Below are positions 17,134 through 26,143 of a stretch of DNA of 64,000 nt, piece after piece; positions within the stretch are counted from its first letter, which is position 1; each line of letters opens with the position of its first letter. Below the pieces are notes generated by a model that had not been told where the DNA came from, ran no database searches, and was given only the letters and a program-made list of their open reading frames with translations. The translations under genes and the position numbers were made by a program. Source of the DNA: a virus (taxonomy: Duplodnaviria > Heunggongvirae > Uroviricota > Caudoviricetes); the IMG/VR virus record IMGVR_UViG_3300016467_000502, positions 12,785 through 76,784 of that record; one strand, 5' to 3'.

Positions 17134-17400
17134 ATGCCCAAATACGATGAACGATTTGCCCAGGAAGCTCAAGAAGAAGAGTACCTGCGTCTCAAACATC
17201 TTGACGATGAGTATTGGTATACCAGATTTCAAGAAGAAGAACAGCTACGTAAATCCTCTCCGGCAGTCATTGGTCTTGCTATAAACAGCAACCATGATGT
17301 ATTTGCCGTACTTGGTTTGAGCCAGGAGGATATGCGAAAGCGTGCAGTTGAACACGGTCTTAAAGTGATGTATTCCTTTGAGCCTAAACAAATTATCTGA
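17134..17400 (+). CDS. hypothetical protein
   Basis: 88 aa; TTGTAGAC lies directly upstream of the ATG. Confidence 0.5.
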   Translation: MPKYDERFAQEAQEEEYLRLKHLDDEYWYTRFQEEEQLRKSSPAVIGLAINSNHDVFAVLGLSQEDMRKRAVEHGLKVMYSFEPKQII

Positions 17401-17597
17401 TGTTGATACAAGCTTACCTGGTGGTTATCTATCTTTTCGGTTTGATGGTGATCACCATGAAGTACCATAAGGAAGGCGAACTGCTTGCGGGAGACCTGCT
17501 CCTCCTGCTTGCCAGTCCTTTCTCTATGGTATCCGTCCTGTTGATACGCCTGGTCTCTCCCTTTGTGGATATAGACCAGGTTATCCTCAGGAAATAA
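17400..17597 (+). CDS. small membrane protein
   Basis: 65 aa with 2 hydrophobic helices; ATGA-coupled. Confidence 0.45.
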   Translation: MLIQAYLVVIYLFGLMVITMKYHKEGELLAGDLLLLLASPFSMVSVLLIRLVSPFVDIDQVILRK

Positions 17598-17631
17598 ACA
17601 CGTACCTGTTGACAAAAATCTTCTGCGTTTA

Positions 17632-17690
17632 ACCTCTACATTTTTGGAGGTTACATCTACAGAATGTACTTTACATCTACAAATCCCTAA
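17632..17690. promoter_or_regulatory. promoter region with ACCTC-tacattttt-GAGGT palindrome and 2x CATCTACA direct repeats
   Basis: aacctctacatttttggaggttacatctacagaatgtactttacatctacaaatccctaacc. Confidence 0.4.
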
Positions 17691-17696
17691 CCTTTA

Positions 17697-18236
17697 TTGT
17701 GTATGAAAAAGATTGCAATTGTATGTGCAAATGCACAGGGTATTATCACCATTGATGACAATGGTCGCGCTCAAATGCAGCGTTATGACAAGATATACCA
17801 ATCCAACCTTGGTAGAAATAACAAGGTTAACCGCACCCGTCAGCGTGTAGAAACAGAGACGTACAACATGAACATGGTTCAGCGTCAGATGTTTCGTCGC
17901 TTGATGTACGGTCTCAAAGAGTATTCACCTGAACAGGTTGCCGCCATGAGTCCTGCTTCACTGGGCCGCATTGTGGACGACTACAATAAAGCCAAGCGTG
18001 CATTGCATGTGATGAAGGCTAAGAAGCACTTCCGCATTGAGACCAAGCTGATCAACGAGATCTTCCGTCACTGTCCCATTGGTGACAAAGATTACGATTG
18101 GTTTGACCCGCTGCCTAAGAACGTTACACTACGTTCGCTTGGTATTTCTACCAAAGAGGTAGTGGATGAATTCATCCGTCGGAAGTTGCTACCAAAAAAC
18201 TTTCACTCACTAACCCTTCAAACCCCTTCAATATGA
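17697..18236 (+). CDS. hypothetical protein
   Basis: 179 aa ORF. Confidence 0.55.
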   Translation: MCMKKIAIVCANAQGIITIDDNGRAQMQRYDKIYQSNLGRNNKVNRTRQRVETETYNMNMVQRQMFRRLMYGLKEYSPEQVAAMSPASLGRIVDDYNKAKRALHVMKAKKHFRIETKLINEIFRHCPIGDKDYDWFDPLPKNVTLRSLGISTKEVVDEFIRRKLLPKNFHSLTLQTPSI

Positions 18237-18556
18237 TGGAGAATACCACCACTGCCCAGACCAACAAGTATGCTGGTCTTGACAACAAAGAGTTGGTCTT
18301 TATCTACTATAAGATCAAAGAGTTTGTCTCCAACCTGGATAAGAACCTTGATGATAAGAAAATGCGCAAAGAAGTTGATACCCCTATGGGTAAAGGCGTT
18401 GCGTACATTGGCATCAGTGAAGAACAGGTGGATAAAGTCAAGAGTACAGAGCACTACAAAGTCATGCACGATGTGCTTGACAAGCTCCAACCTATTATAG
18501 AAGTGATTGAAGAATGTGATGAAAGCAGCAAGGAATTCGCGAATGACCTACGGTAG
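18233..18556 (+). CDS. hypothetical protein
   Basis: 107 aa; ATGA-coupled. Confidence 0.5.
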   Translation: MMENTTTAQTNKYAGLDNKELVFIYYKIKEFVSNLDKNLDDKKMRKEVDTPMGKGVAYIGISEEQVDKVKSTEHYKVMHDVLDKLQPIIEVIEECDESSKEFANDLR

Positions 18557-18812
18557 AGTGGCTAACCAGGCGGTGTTCTTCCCAGAACTATCCCTGGAAG
18601 CCAAAGGACTCTATGCAATACTGTGCAGCCTGTGCGGTACCAAGAATTACTGCTACCCTAGTGTCCAGACGTTAGTGCAGTTGTCCGGCAAAAGTCGGTC
18701 AACTGTACAGCGTCTGCTTGCAGAACTGTCCAGCAAAGGGGTCATTAAGCGCAGCTTTGACCCGCAAAAAAACTTAACAATAACTGTCCACTTACTGGAC
18801 AAACAATCCTGA
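18543..18812 (+). CDS. helix-turn-helix DNA-binding protein
   Basis: SVQTLVQLSGKSRSTVQRLLAELSSKGVIKR is HTH-like. Start moved to the internal ATG at 18543 to reduce overlap. Confidence 0.5.
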   Translation: MTYGRVANQAVFFPELSLEAKGLYAILCSLCGTKNYCYPSVQTLVQLSGKSRSTVQRLLAELSSKGVIKRSFDPQKNLTITVHLLDKQS

Positions 18813-18815
18813 CCT

Positions 18816-19316
18816 ATGAAAAAATCAACAGCCTCCTATATGGAGCAAATTGCAGCATTCAACGCATCATGTGAATCTGCAGGCATTGAAACAAATGACG
18901 GAATCGTACTAGCCATTGAGTGCGACGATCACGGCAAGCCTATTGGCTCTGTGCTCAAGCAACAAGGCAGTCCGTTTATGTTGATCGGTATGATTGACAA
19001 GGCCGTTGCTATGTTGGAAGATGCCAAAGCAGAGATTATGAAGCGCTTTGAAGAGAACGAACGCCTCAGTCGTATGATTGATAAGCTTCCCAGCGGGTTA
19101 GCACAGAAAATCAAAGACCTTGAGATTCGCATGCGTGCAGCTTCTGCCAAACAAGATATGGAAGAAATGTTACGCATACAGAAAGAACTTGACGAAACTC
19201 TGGACTCCGCCAAGGATGACCTCATCGACTTCTTGAAAAAGAAAGAAGGTGGTAAAGGACCTGAAGGAGGTTCCGGTGACATAGACTTATCAGACTTTTT
19301 GAAGGGTGGGTTGTAA
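18816..19316 (+). CDS. hypothetical coiled-coil protein
   Basis: 166 aa ORF. Confidence 0.55.
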   Translation: MKKSTASYMEQIAAFNASCESAGIETNDGIVLAIECDDHGKPIGSVLKQQGSPFMLIGMIDKAVAMLEDAKAEIMKRFEENERLSRMIDKLPSGLAQKIKDLEIRMRAASAKQDMEEMLRIQKELDETLDSAKDDLIDFLKKKEGGKGPEGGSGDIDLSDFLKGGL

Positions 19317-19335
19317 GTGAAGTGTCCACGTGGGG

Positions 19336-19460
19336 GTGTCTCATCAGTGAGACATCCTCCATGTTGGGCGCTAATATTCTTAATACTCTCTTTACTTACC
19401 TGTCACTGGTGAGACGGGGTAAGTCTCATGGATGAGACACCCTTGTGTCACTGGTGAGAC
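19336..19460. promoter_or_regulatory. operator-like cluster: two perfect 7-bp inverted repeats (TGTCTCA/TGAGACA) and a 15-bp direct repeat
   Basis: TGTCTCAtcagTGAGACA (19338-19354); GTCTCATggATGAGAC (19423-19438); tgtcactggtgagac at 19401 and 19446, the second abutting the ATG at 19461. Confidence 0.5.
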
Positions 19461-20036
19461 ATGCTAACAGACAGTTTAACATTTATGGGTGTAGACATTT
19501 ATGGCATAAAACCTTTGGTTCCAGAGCCTTTGCTTACGGAAGACGCAACGCCTGAACAGGTACGCATTGCCCGTGAGATTCGTGAAAAATGGAAGCAAGA
19601 CTCACCAGGAGCATATTTTGCCAACAACTGGTGGAACTGGAGACCCATTCAAATGCTGATTAATGTGTTCAACATGTCCTATGAGCTAAACATTCCTATA
19701 GAGGAGATTGATGCGCTAAACTCTAATAGTGGTCAGGGTATTACAAGTCCTGAACATTGTCAGCGTTTGGCTTATTGCTTTGAGGAGATCATCAATGACA
19801 TGATCAGCCGTGATTATACAACGGTGTATCTGAACACTGGCTTATGGGCAGATGAAAACGGTCGTCCTGCCAATGACAAAGACCTGGCAATATTGCAAGG
19901 TATGGAATTAGGGATCATGTATGGTCCTGTAAATCTGGGTGATAAGACGTATAAACCTTATCACGCCACAAATATTGACAACTTAAAACGCTTTGCAGAT
20001 TTCTTGATGAACTGCAACGGCTTCAACGTTTACTAA
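19461..20036 (+). CDS. hypothetical protein
   Basis: 191 aa ORF. Confidence 0.55.
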   Translation: MLTDSLTFMGVDIYGIKPLVPEPLLTEDATPEQVRIAREIREKWKQDSPGAYFANNWWNWRPIQMLINVFNMSYELNIPIEEIDALNSNSGQGITSPEHCQRLAYCFEEIINDMISRDYTTVYLNTGLWADENGRPANDKDLAILQGMELGIMYGPVNLGDKTYKPYHATNIDNLKRFADFLMNCNGFNVY

Positions 20037-20056
20037 CAACCCAAAACCATAAGCAA

Positions 20057-21334
20057 ATGCTTTTAAAATCATTCATTGAAGGTACAAACTACCACGTACG
20101 CCCCTTAGAAGGACAAGCTATTGAGAAATCATTCACCCGTAAGATGGAGGATGTGAAAATCACCTGCACCATTGCAGACTTCGCCCAGTTTCCACTTAGC
20201 ACCCTGTTCTTCTGTGAGAATCCTGAGATTCCTGAGGGTGACCACCTTCATATCCCCAAGGGCGCTGCCATTCCGTTGATGTACGGTACGTCAGTGTTCC
20301 CATTGACAACGTTGGGAGACAAGCTTGAGTCGGTGGTGAACTACACCGTTGACTACATGATCAGCAACGCTGAGTACGGCATTGACGCTGCCAAGGATTT
20401 CACCAAAAAGGTAGAAGCCTACGGGTTTACCTATGACTGGGATGCCAAGTTAGCTATTCCTGAGCCTGGTTCAGGTCCTACACCGATGGGCGCTATGAAA
20501 GCATCCATTGCAGCCAAGTTTCCTGTACCAAAGGTAGAGGACATTGGCTTCCAGGTAGATCCTGACAAGTGGTATCTCATGGTGCGTAACGTGTTGCGCG
20601 GTGAGAACACCCTTCTTATAGGCCCTACCGGTTCTGGTAAGACAGAGATCATGACCCACTTGGCTGCGGCCATGGAGCGTGAGCTGCACATCCAGGATAT
20701 GGGTACTGTGCAGGATGCATCGTCATCGTTGCAGGGTGTTCACCGTTTGAACAAAGAAGGCCACTCTGCCTTTGAGTTCGCACCGTTCGTGGACCACATC
20801 AAGAGTGGTGGTATTGTCTTGCTTGACGAGTTGAACCGCTCGCCTCTCGCTGCCAATAACATCTTGTTCCCATGCCTGGACAAGCGTCGCTACTTACCGG
20901 TAGACATTGCTTGTGAAGGATGTGACCGCAAGGTGATGGTCAACGAGAACACCGTGTTCTTTGCGACCGCCAACTTGGGTGCAGAGTACTCTGGTACCCA
21001 GGCTATTGACCGCGCGTTGCTGGACCGCTTCTTCCCTATCGAGTTGGATTACCCACAAGAGAAAGATGAGGTGCGTGTATTGATGTTGCGTACAGGCATT
21101 GACGAGAAGTCTGCCACCGGTATTGTGAGAGTCTCTAACGAGATCCGCAAGCAGTACAAGGAGCAGGAGTTGTCCAACGCCGTTTCTGTGCGTCATACAC
21201 TTCAGGCTGCCGGTCTGATCGCTGACGGATTTGAGGCTGACAAAGCCTTGAGACATACGATCCTTCCTCTGTTTGAGGATGGTATCGGGGTGACTGAGCG
21301 CTCTAAGGTGCTCAGCATCATGGCTGCATTCTAA
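20057..21334 (+). CDS. MoxR-type AAA+ ATPase (AAA_5; CobS-like)
   Basis: Walker A LLIGPTGSGKTE, Walker B VLLDELNR, and an arrangement typical of MoxR/CobS. Confidence 0.75.
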   Translation: MLLKSFIEGTNYHVRPLEGQAIEKSFTRKMEDVKITCTIADFAQFPLSTLFFCENPEIPEGDHLHIPKGAAIPLMYGTSVFPLTTLGDKLESVVNYTVDYMISNAEYGIDAAKDFTKKVEAYGFTYDWDAKLAIPEPGSGPTPMGAMKASIAAKFPVPKVEDIGFQVDPDKWYLMVRNVLRGENTLLIGPTGSGKTEIMTHLAAAMERELHIQDMGTVQDASSSLQGVHRLNKEGHSAFEFAPFVDHIKSGGIVLLDELNRSPLAANNILFPCLDKRRYLPVDIACEGCDRKVMVNENTVFFATANLGAEYSGTQAIDRALLDRFFPIELDYPQEKDEVRVLMLRTGIDEKSATGIVRVSNEIRKQYKEQELSNAVSVRHTLQAAGLIADGFEADKALRHTILPLFEDGIGVTERSKVLSIMAAF

Positions 21335-21405
21335 AGCTGTACAGGGAACAGCTACAGTTGAGTGGGGAGATCCGTTCTCCCCCTCATCATTCCCCAAGTT
21401 GAACT

Positions 21406-23343
21406 ATGGACAGTACACCTTACATGGGTAAATACGTAAAAGACTGGTTTAATAGACGCGCGGAAGACGCGTTCACCCACGTTGATGAATCAAAAAGATT
21501 ATTCAGCTGGGACCATGGAAGAGATTCATACTCTTCTTTCTTCCACTCTGGCAAGAACCCCGCTAAAGATGCGGGTAAAATGATTGGCTCCATGTTCAAG
21601 GTGATTGGACTTCCCAAGCATCTGAAGTATACACCGGTGGCTAAACAGGTCAAGGAAAGCCTGGGTTCAGGTCAGCCCAAAGTGCACATTCCCATTGGCA
21701 TGTTGCGCGATGAAGATGGCGACTGGAACGATGATCCTGAAACCCTGGATGCGTTCTATGGTGCGTGTATTCAGAACGCAGCTCTTGCAGCGATGCAGTC
21801 TGACTCGGATTACAGACGTACCATTGGTCCCCGCTATGGTGACGACAAGAAGAACGTGCAGCAGTTGCTGACGTCCATCCTGAACACCGAGCGCATTGAC
21901 AAGAAGTTGTCAGAGCGTTTACCAGGCTACCTGAAGTTCGTGCAGAAGTTCAAGAACTACATGTACGAAAAGAACCATGAGGCTCTTCCTGAAGACGCGC
22001 CCGCAAGAGCACGCCTGCTGGACCTGGTGACCCGCATGTTGCGCTATCCTGCCCACATCACTGAAGAGGAGATGGAAGAGTTCAAGAAGCCCATTGAATC
22101 GATTGAGCGTATGCTTAAGCGCAGAGGTGGTATTCCTGATACGTTTGATGAGTGTGATTCTTTTGCCCGCTCTATGGCCAAGTTGGTCTATGAGTATGAG
22201 GAAGAAGAGCCACCACCACCCCCGGACGGAGGAGGCGGAGAAGGTGAAGGAGATGGTGAAGGCGGTGAAGGTACACCACCACCTATGATGGGTGGATCTA
22301 AAGGTGACGGATCTGCAGAGAGCGGAGGTACAGGTTCTGAGAGCGGAGGTTCATCATCCATGAGCAAAGGCGATCTGGATGCGATGGCAGACAAGATGAT
22401 GCGTGAGCTGATGAGCGGTGACGAAGGTGATGAATCAGACCACAAGATGATGGCTGACTTCCGTGACTTTGAGGATTCCACCAAAGAGGAGAACGAAGAC
22501 ATCTTCAGTCGTTTGGAAGAAGGCTCTGTGGCCAAAGGTAAGGTCACGTTTGAACTTGCCAAAGGTGACAAGACCCGCTACATGCGTGAGCGTGCCAAGA
22601 TCGACCTCACCAAAGCACAGGTACTGGCCCGTCTGTTTGCTCGCAAGAGCAAGGACTACCAGTTCACCATGAAGTCTATGCGCTCCGGTCGTTTGGATGT
22701 GGGTAAGCTGGCAGAAGCCAAGCAACATGTTCCTACAATCTATGAACGCATGGGTCAGGTGAAGACCGACAAGGTTTGTGTAGGTGTGTTGATCGATGAG
22801 TCTGGTTCTATGGGTGGTGGCCGTATTGAACGCGCCCGCCAAGGTGCAATCTTCTTAAATGAAGTGTTTAAGAAGATGCCAAGCGTAGAGCTGTTTATCT
22901 ACGGTCACACTGCTGACACCAAAGGCGAGGGATCTACCGACATGATGGTATACTGCGAGCCTGGCAAAGCAACCGATCCATTTGCTCTGGGTTCTGTTGA
23001 AGCGCGTTGTGAGAACAGAGATGGCGAGGCTATCCTGGCTACCGCTGCACGCATTCGTTCCAAGACCAAGAACAACGGTTTGTTGTTTGTATTGTCTGAC
23101 GGTGGACCTTGTGCGCACCACTACCATGGCCGTGCTGCCATTGCTGACGTTCGTAAGAAAGTCTTGCAGGCAGAAGCCATGGGATTTCAGGTGATCCAGA
23201 TTGCGATCTCTGAAGTCGTTCCTTCCTCTGAGATGTTCAACCACTTTATCAAAATGACAGATATCGCCAACCTTCCAAAGGACATGGTGAACTACATGAG
23301 TAGAAAAGTGGGTAAGCTCATCAAAGAGCGTGTGTTTGTTTAA
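21406..23343 (+). CDS. vWA-domain protein (CobT-like partner of the MoxR ATPase) with acidic Gly/Glu/Pro-rich central linker
   Basis: C-terminal vWA MIDAS motif VGVLIDESGSMGGGR; central EEEPPPPPDGGGGEGEGDGEGGEG... Confidence 0.75.
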   Translation: MDSTPYMGKYVKDWFNRRAEDAFTHVDESKRLFSWDHGRDSYSSFFHSGKNPAKDAGKMIGSMFKVIGLPKHLKYTPVAKQVKESLGSGQPKVHIPIGMLRDEDGDWNDDPETLDAFYGACIQNAALAAMQSDSDYRRTIGPRYGDDKKNVQQLLTSILNTERIDKKLSERLPGYLKFVQKFKNYMYEKNHEALPEDAPARARLLDLVTRMLRYPAHITEEEMEEFKKPIESIERMLKRRGGIPDTFDECDSFARSMAKLVYEYEEEEPPPPPDGGGGEGEGDGEGGEGTPPPMMGGSKGDGSAESGGTGSESGGSSSMSKGDLDAMADKMMRELMSGDEGDESDHKMMADFRDFEDSTKEENEDIFSRLEEGSVAKGKVTFELAKGDKTRYMRERAKIDLTKAQVLARLFARKSKDYQFTMKSMRSGRLDVGKLAEAKQHVPTIYERMGQVKTDKVCVGVLIDESGSMGGGRIERARQGAIFLNEVFKKMPSVELFIYGHTADTKGEGSTDMMVYCEPGKATDPFALGSVEARCENRDGEAILATAARIRSKTKNNGLLFVLSDGGPCAHHYHGRAAIADVRKKVLQAEAMGFQVIQIAISEVVPSSEMFNHFIKMTDIANLPKDMVNYMSRKVGKLIKERVFV

Positions 23344-23348
23344 CCCTA

Positions 23349-23386
23349 TACCCCAGGTGTAACAGCCTGGGGTTTACTTTTTTTCT
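23349..23386 (+). terminator. rho-independent terminator (loop TGTAACAG)
   Basis: ccccaggtgtaacagcctggggtttactttttttc. Confidence 0.6.
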
Positions 23387-24253
23387 ATGAACATTGTACA
23401 GACCTTAACCCGTAAGAGCATGGTCATCAGACCAAGCGGTAGAAGTACTGACTATATCAGCCCGTCGTTTGGCTATGGCTGTTTGTACAACTGTACATAC
23501 TGCTACATGAAACGACACAAGCCAGAAGGATTGGACATTGCCACCAACACAGCAGAAATCCTGACCGCCATTGACCACCACTCGTGGTTTGCAGATGCAG
23601 AGAAACCCAACCAGACGCATGAGCAGTACATCACGTATGATATCTCTTGCAATGAGGACTTTGCATTGCATGCCAAACAACACGAGTGGCAAAAGATCTT
23701 TGGCTTTTTCAAAGATCACCCCCGTGCTATGGCATCGCTTGCTACCAAGTATGTGAACCCTGCACTGCTGACGTTTGATCCAAAACAGAAAGTCAGGGTG
23801 CGTTTCAGCCTGATGCCTATAGAATATTCTCTTATGCTTGAGCCCAACACCAGCAACATATGGCATAGAATCTATGCTATCAATGATTTCATTGAGGCAG
23901 GGTATGATGTGCACATCAACTTCTCACCTGTGATTGTAGCTAAAGATTGGTTAGATAAATACAGGCTTCTTTTTGCGATGGTGGATACAGTGGTGAAACC
24001 AGAGTATAAGGACCGTGTGAAAGCAGAGGTGATCTTCATGACGCACAATGAGCAGAAGCACAAGTACAATCTGAAGCACAACTTGCCTGGAGAAGACCTG
24101 TTATGGGTTCCTCAAGTACAAGAGTCCAAGGTCTCCCAATACGGAGGCACCAACATCCGCTACAAGCACGACGTCAAAGCAGAGTACATCAAACAATGGA
24201 CTGCTGTGCATGATGAAGTGATACCGTGGAACACAATACGTTACATCTTTTAA
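23387..24253 (+). CDS. radical SAM enzyme, spore-photoproduct-lyase/COG1533-like
   Basis: GCLYNCTYCY gives a CxxxCxxC cluster followed by Y, as in SPL-family radical SAM proteins. Confidence 0.55.
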   Translation: MNIVQTLTRKSMVIRPSGRSTDYISPSFGYGCLYNCTYCYMKRHKPEGLDIATNTAEILTAIDHHSWFADAEKPNQTHEQYITYDISCNEDFALHAKQHEWQKIFGFFKDHPRAMASLATKYVNPALLTFDPKQKVRVRFSLMPIEYSLMLEPNTSNIWHRIYAINDFIEAGYDVHINFSPVIVAKDWLDKYRLLFAMVDTVVKPEYKDRVKAEVIFMTHNEQKHKYNLKHNLPGEDLLWVPQVQESKVSQYGGTNIRYKHDVKAEYIKQWTAVHDEVIPWNTIRYIF

Positions 24254-24265
24254 ACCCTTAATCCT

Positions 24266-24634
24266 ATGAACAAAGAATTTGTACCCTACGAGTTGGCGGT
24301 TAAACTCAAAGAACTTGGATTTGATGAAACTTGTTTAGCTTCTTATTTTCACGCAGGTAAAATGTTAGATGTCTGTGAATATATTACTCACGGTAAATAC
24401 ACAGTATTAGCACCAACATTCTCACAAGCATTTAGATGGTTTAGAGAGAACTATGGGTTATTTGGTATTATGTTACCATATCTTATTACAGGTAATCGAT
24501 GGTATTATAAAATAACCAATAGAAACAATAGTTCAGATTTACCTTTTGAAACAGGTTTTGATAGTTACGAAGAAGCAGAACTTGCTTGTCTTACCAAGTT
24601 AATATCAATCGTTGAACAACAAAAACAAAAATAA
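24266..24634 (+). CDS. hypothetical protein
   Basis: 122 aa ORF; CCTTAATCCTATG start context. Confidence 0.5.
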   Translation: MNKEFVPYELAVKLKELGFDETCLASYFHAGKMLDVCEYITHGKYTVLAPTFSQAFRWFRENYGLFGIMLPYLITGNRWYYKITNRNNSSDLPFETGFDSYEEAELACLTKLISIVEQQKQK

Positions 24635-24635
24635 A

Positions 24636-24965
24636 ATGAAACTATACACAGAAGAGCAATTAAGAAAAGCGTGGAATACTGCTTATGTAGATGCTTTAGC
24701 ATTAGATAATGAAGACTATAAACCTATATTTTATGATGATTTCATAGCATCATTAACCCCAATTCAACTGCCAAGTGATGAGGAGATAGAGGGAAGGTAT
24801 TATAAAGAATTGGAAGAACGTAAAGAAATTGCGAAAAATTTTTCAGGTCAAGTGGCAGGTAGACATCCTGATATGTTTGGACATAATGAGGTTCATAACA
24901 TGGTTAGAGGCTATATTGAATGCGCAAGATGGATGAGAGATAAAATACAAGGAGGTGACAAATGA
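24636..24965 (+). CDS. hypothetical protein
   Basis: Internal ATG (MKLYTEEQL...) chosen so it abuts the upstream stop. Confidence 0.5.
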   Translation: MKLYTEEQLRKAWNTAYVDALALDNEDYKPIFYDDFIASLTPIQLPSDEEIEGRYYKELEERKEIAKNFSGQVAGRHPDMFGHNEVHNMVRGYIECARWMRDKIQGGDK

Positions 24966-25066
24966 GTGATCAAATTGCAAACGCTCTCAGCATCACCCTG
25001 CTTGGGATGATGGTAGTTGGCTTAGTCTACATTATGTTCTGGCAACCTAAAGACAGAGTCAAGTAG
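24962..25066 (+). CDS. small membrane protein (34 aa)
   Basis: Hand-translated MSDQIANALSITLLGMMVVGLVYIMFWQPKDRVK; ATGA-coupled. Confidence 0.4.
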   Translation: MSDQIANALSITLLGMMVVGLVYIMFWQPKDRVK

Positions 25067-25069
25067 CCT

Positions 25070-25459
25070 ATGAAAAATCTAAACATGACAGAAGAGCAGA
25101 AGCTCCGGGTACTGAATGCCATCATGTGGATTCAGACCTGTGTCTACGCCTGTGATAGCGTAGAAGACATTGAGTGGTTTATGGCCAGACGCGTCAAGTA
25201 CCTGGCTAAGAACCTGGTGGAGACGTCTCTGAGAGACCACAGCCACATCATTAAAGCATTGTGGGAAGATGAAGGTGCCCAGATGGGTACTGTTACCAAT
25301 GAAATGGACGGCTTCTGTAAACGTGTGGCTGGTATAGACTACTGGAAAATACCTGAACTCAACCACTTGCTGGACCTTTACAAACAAGGCAAACTGGATC
25401 ATTTATTCACTAAACCCACTGACCATGACCAAGATGGAAAGACTGAAAGTTGTGTATAG
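25070..25459 (+). CDS. hypothetical protein
   Basis: 129 aa ORF. Confidence 0.5.
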   Translation: MKNLNMTEEQKLRVLNAIMWIQTCVYACDSVEDIEWFMARRVKYLAKNLVETSLRDHSHIIKALWEDEGAQMGTVTNEMDGFCKRVAGIDYWKIPELNHLLDLYKQGKLDHLFTKPTDHDQDGKTESCV

Positions 25460-25946
25460 CACTCTGTCTGAAGTGCTTGAGCAATTCCCTGCCAAGTCTT
25501 CTCACAAGGCTGCTGCATACATCGACAAGCGTATGCTTGAAACCCTCAAAGAGCTTGAGAAAAATGACACCGGAGAGGTTGTACCCATCCATATCTTTCA
25601 CCCCTACCCTACGGTACTACACGACAACGATGGCTACCCCACCCCGGAAGCATTGAAGTACCTGGAGAACTGGTGGTTTGGATGGTATGAAGGTGAGTTG
25701 TACAAGGGTGAGTTCTCTGAATGCAACAAGCAGAACATCACCGCTCTTGTGAACTACCTGCGTAAGCTCTGGCACTTTGCCGACTGGGGATTTGTCCACA
25801 ACCAGGCAGAGAAAAAGCTGGAACTGCACACCGGTGGCTGGTCAGGCAATGAAGAGATCGTCCCCTATCTGGAAAAGACCTGGTTTCACAAAATTTACTG
25901 GACCATGACCAGAACAGGAGGACACTACTACTATGAGTGGAAATAG
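25425..25946 (+). CDS. hypothetical protein
   Basis: 173 aa ORF. Confidence 0.5.
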   Translation: MTKMERLKVVYSTLSEVLEQFPAKSSHKAAAYIDKRMLETLKELEKNDTGEVVPIHIFHPYPTVLHDNDGYPTPEALKYLENWWFGWYEGELYKGEFSECNKQNITALVNYLRKLWHFADWGFVHNQAEKKLELHTGGWSGNEEIVPYLEKTWFHKIYWTMTRTGGHYYYEWK

Positions 25947-26139
25947 CATGACAGAAACCATACTGCGCAATGCGCTGAACAGTCCACACACCCACGGGGT
26001 GCTGATGGTCAATGACAAAGCGGTCATGTACCGGGTGGATGGTGACAAGATCACCACCTTCCTGGAATATGTACCGTACATTCAGAGCGCAGTGTCGCCT
26101 GAGTTTTACGCTAAACACATACGAATCTTATTACCCTAA
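25933..26139 (+). CDS. hypothetical protein
   Basis: 68 aa ORF. Confidence 0.4.
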   Translation: MSGNSMTETILRNALNSPHTHGVLMVNDKAVMYRVDGDKITTFLEYVPYIQSAVSPEFYAKHIRILLP

Positions 26140-26143
26140 CCCT

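Noticed and set aside
20431-20691. Short minus-strand ORFs inside the MoxR gene
   Set aside because: Antisense to a gene with Walker A and B motifs.
22188-22571. 127-aa minus-strand Ser/Pro/Gly-rich ORF
   Set aside because: Antisense of the GGE-repeat low-complexity linker of the vWA protein.
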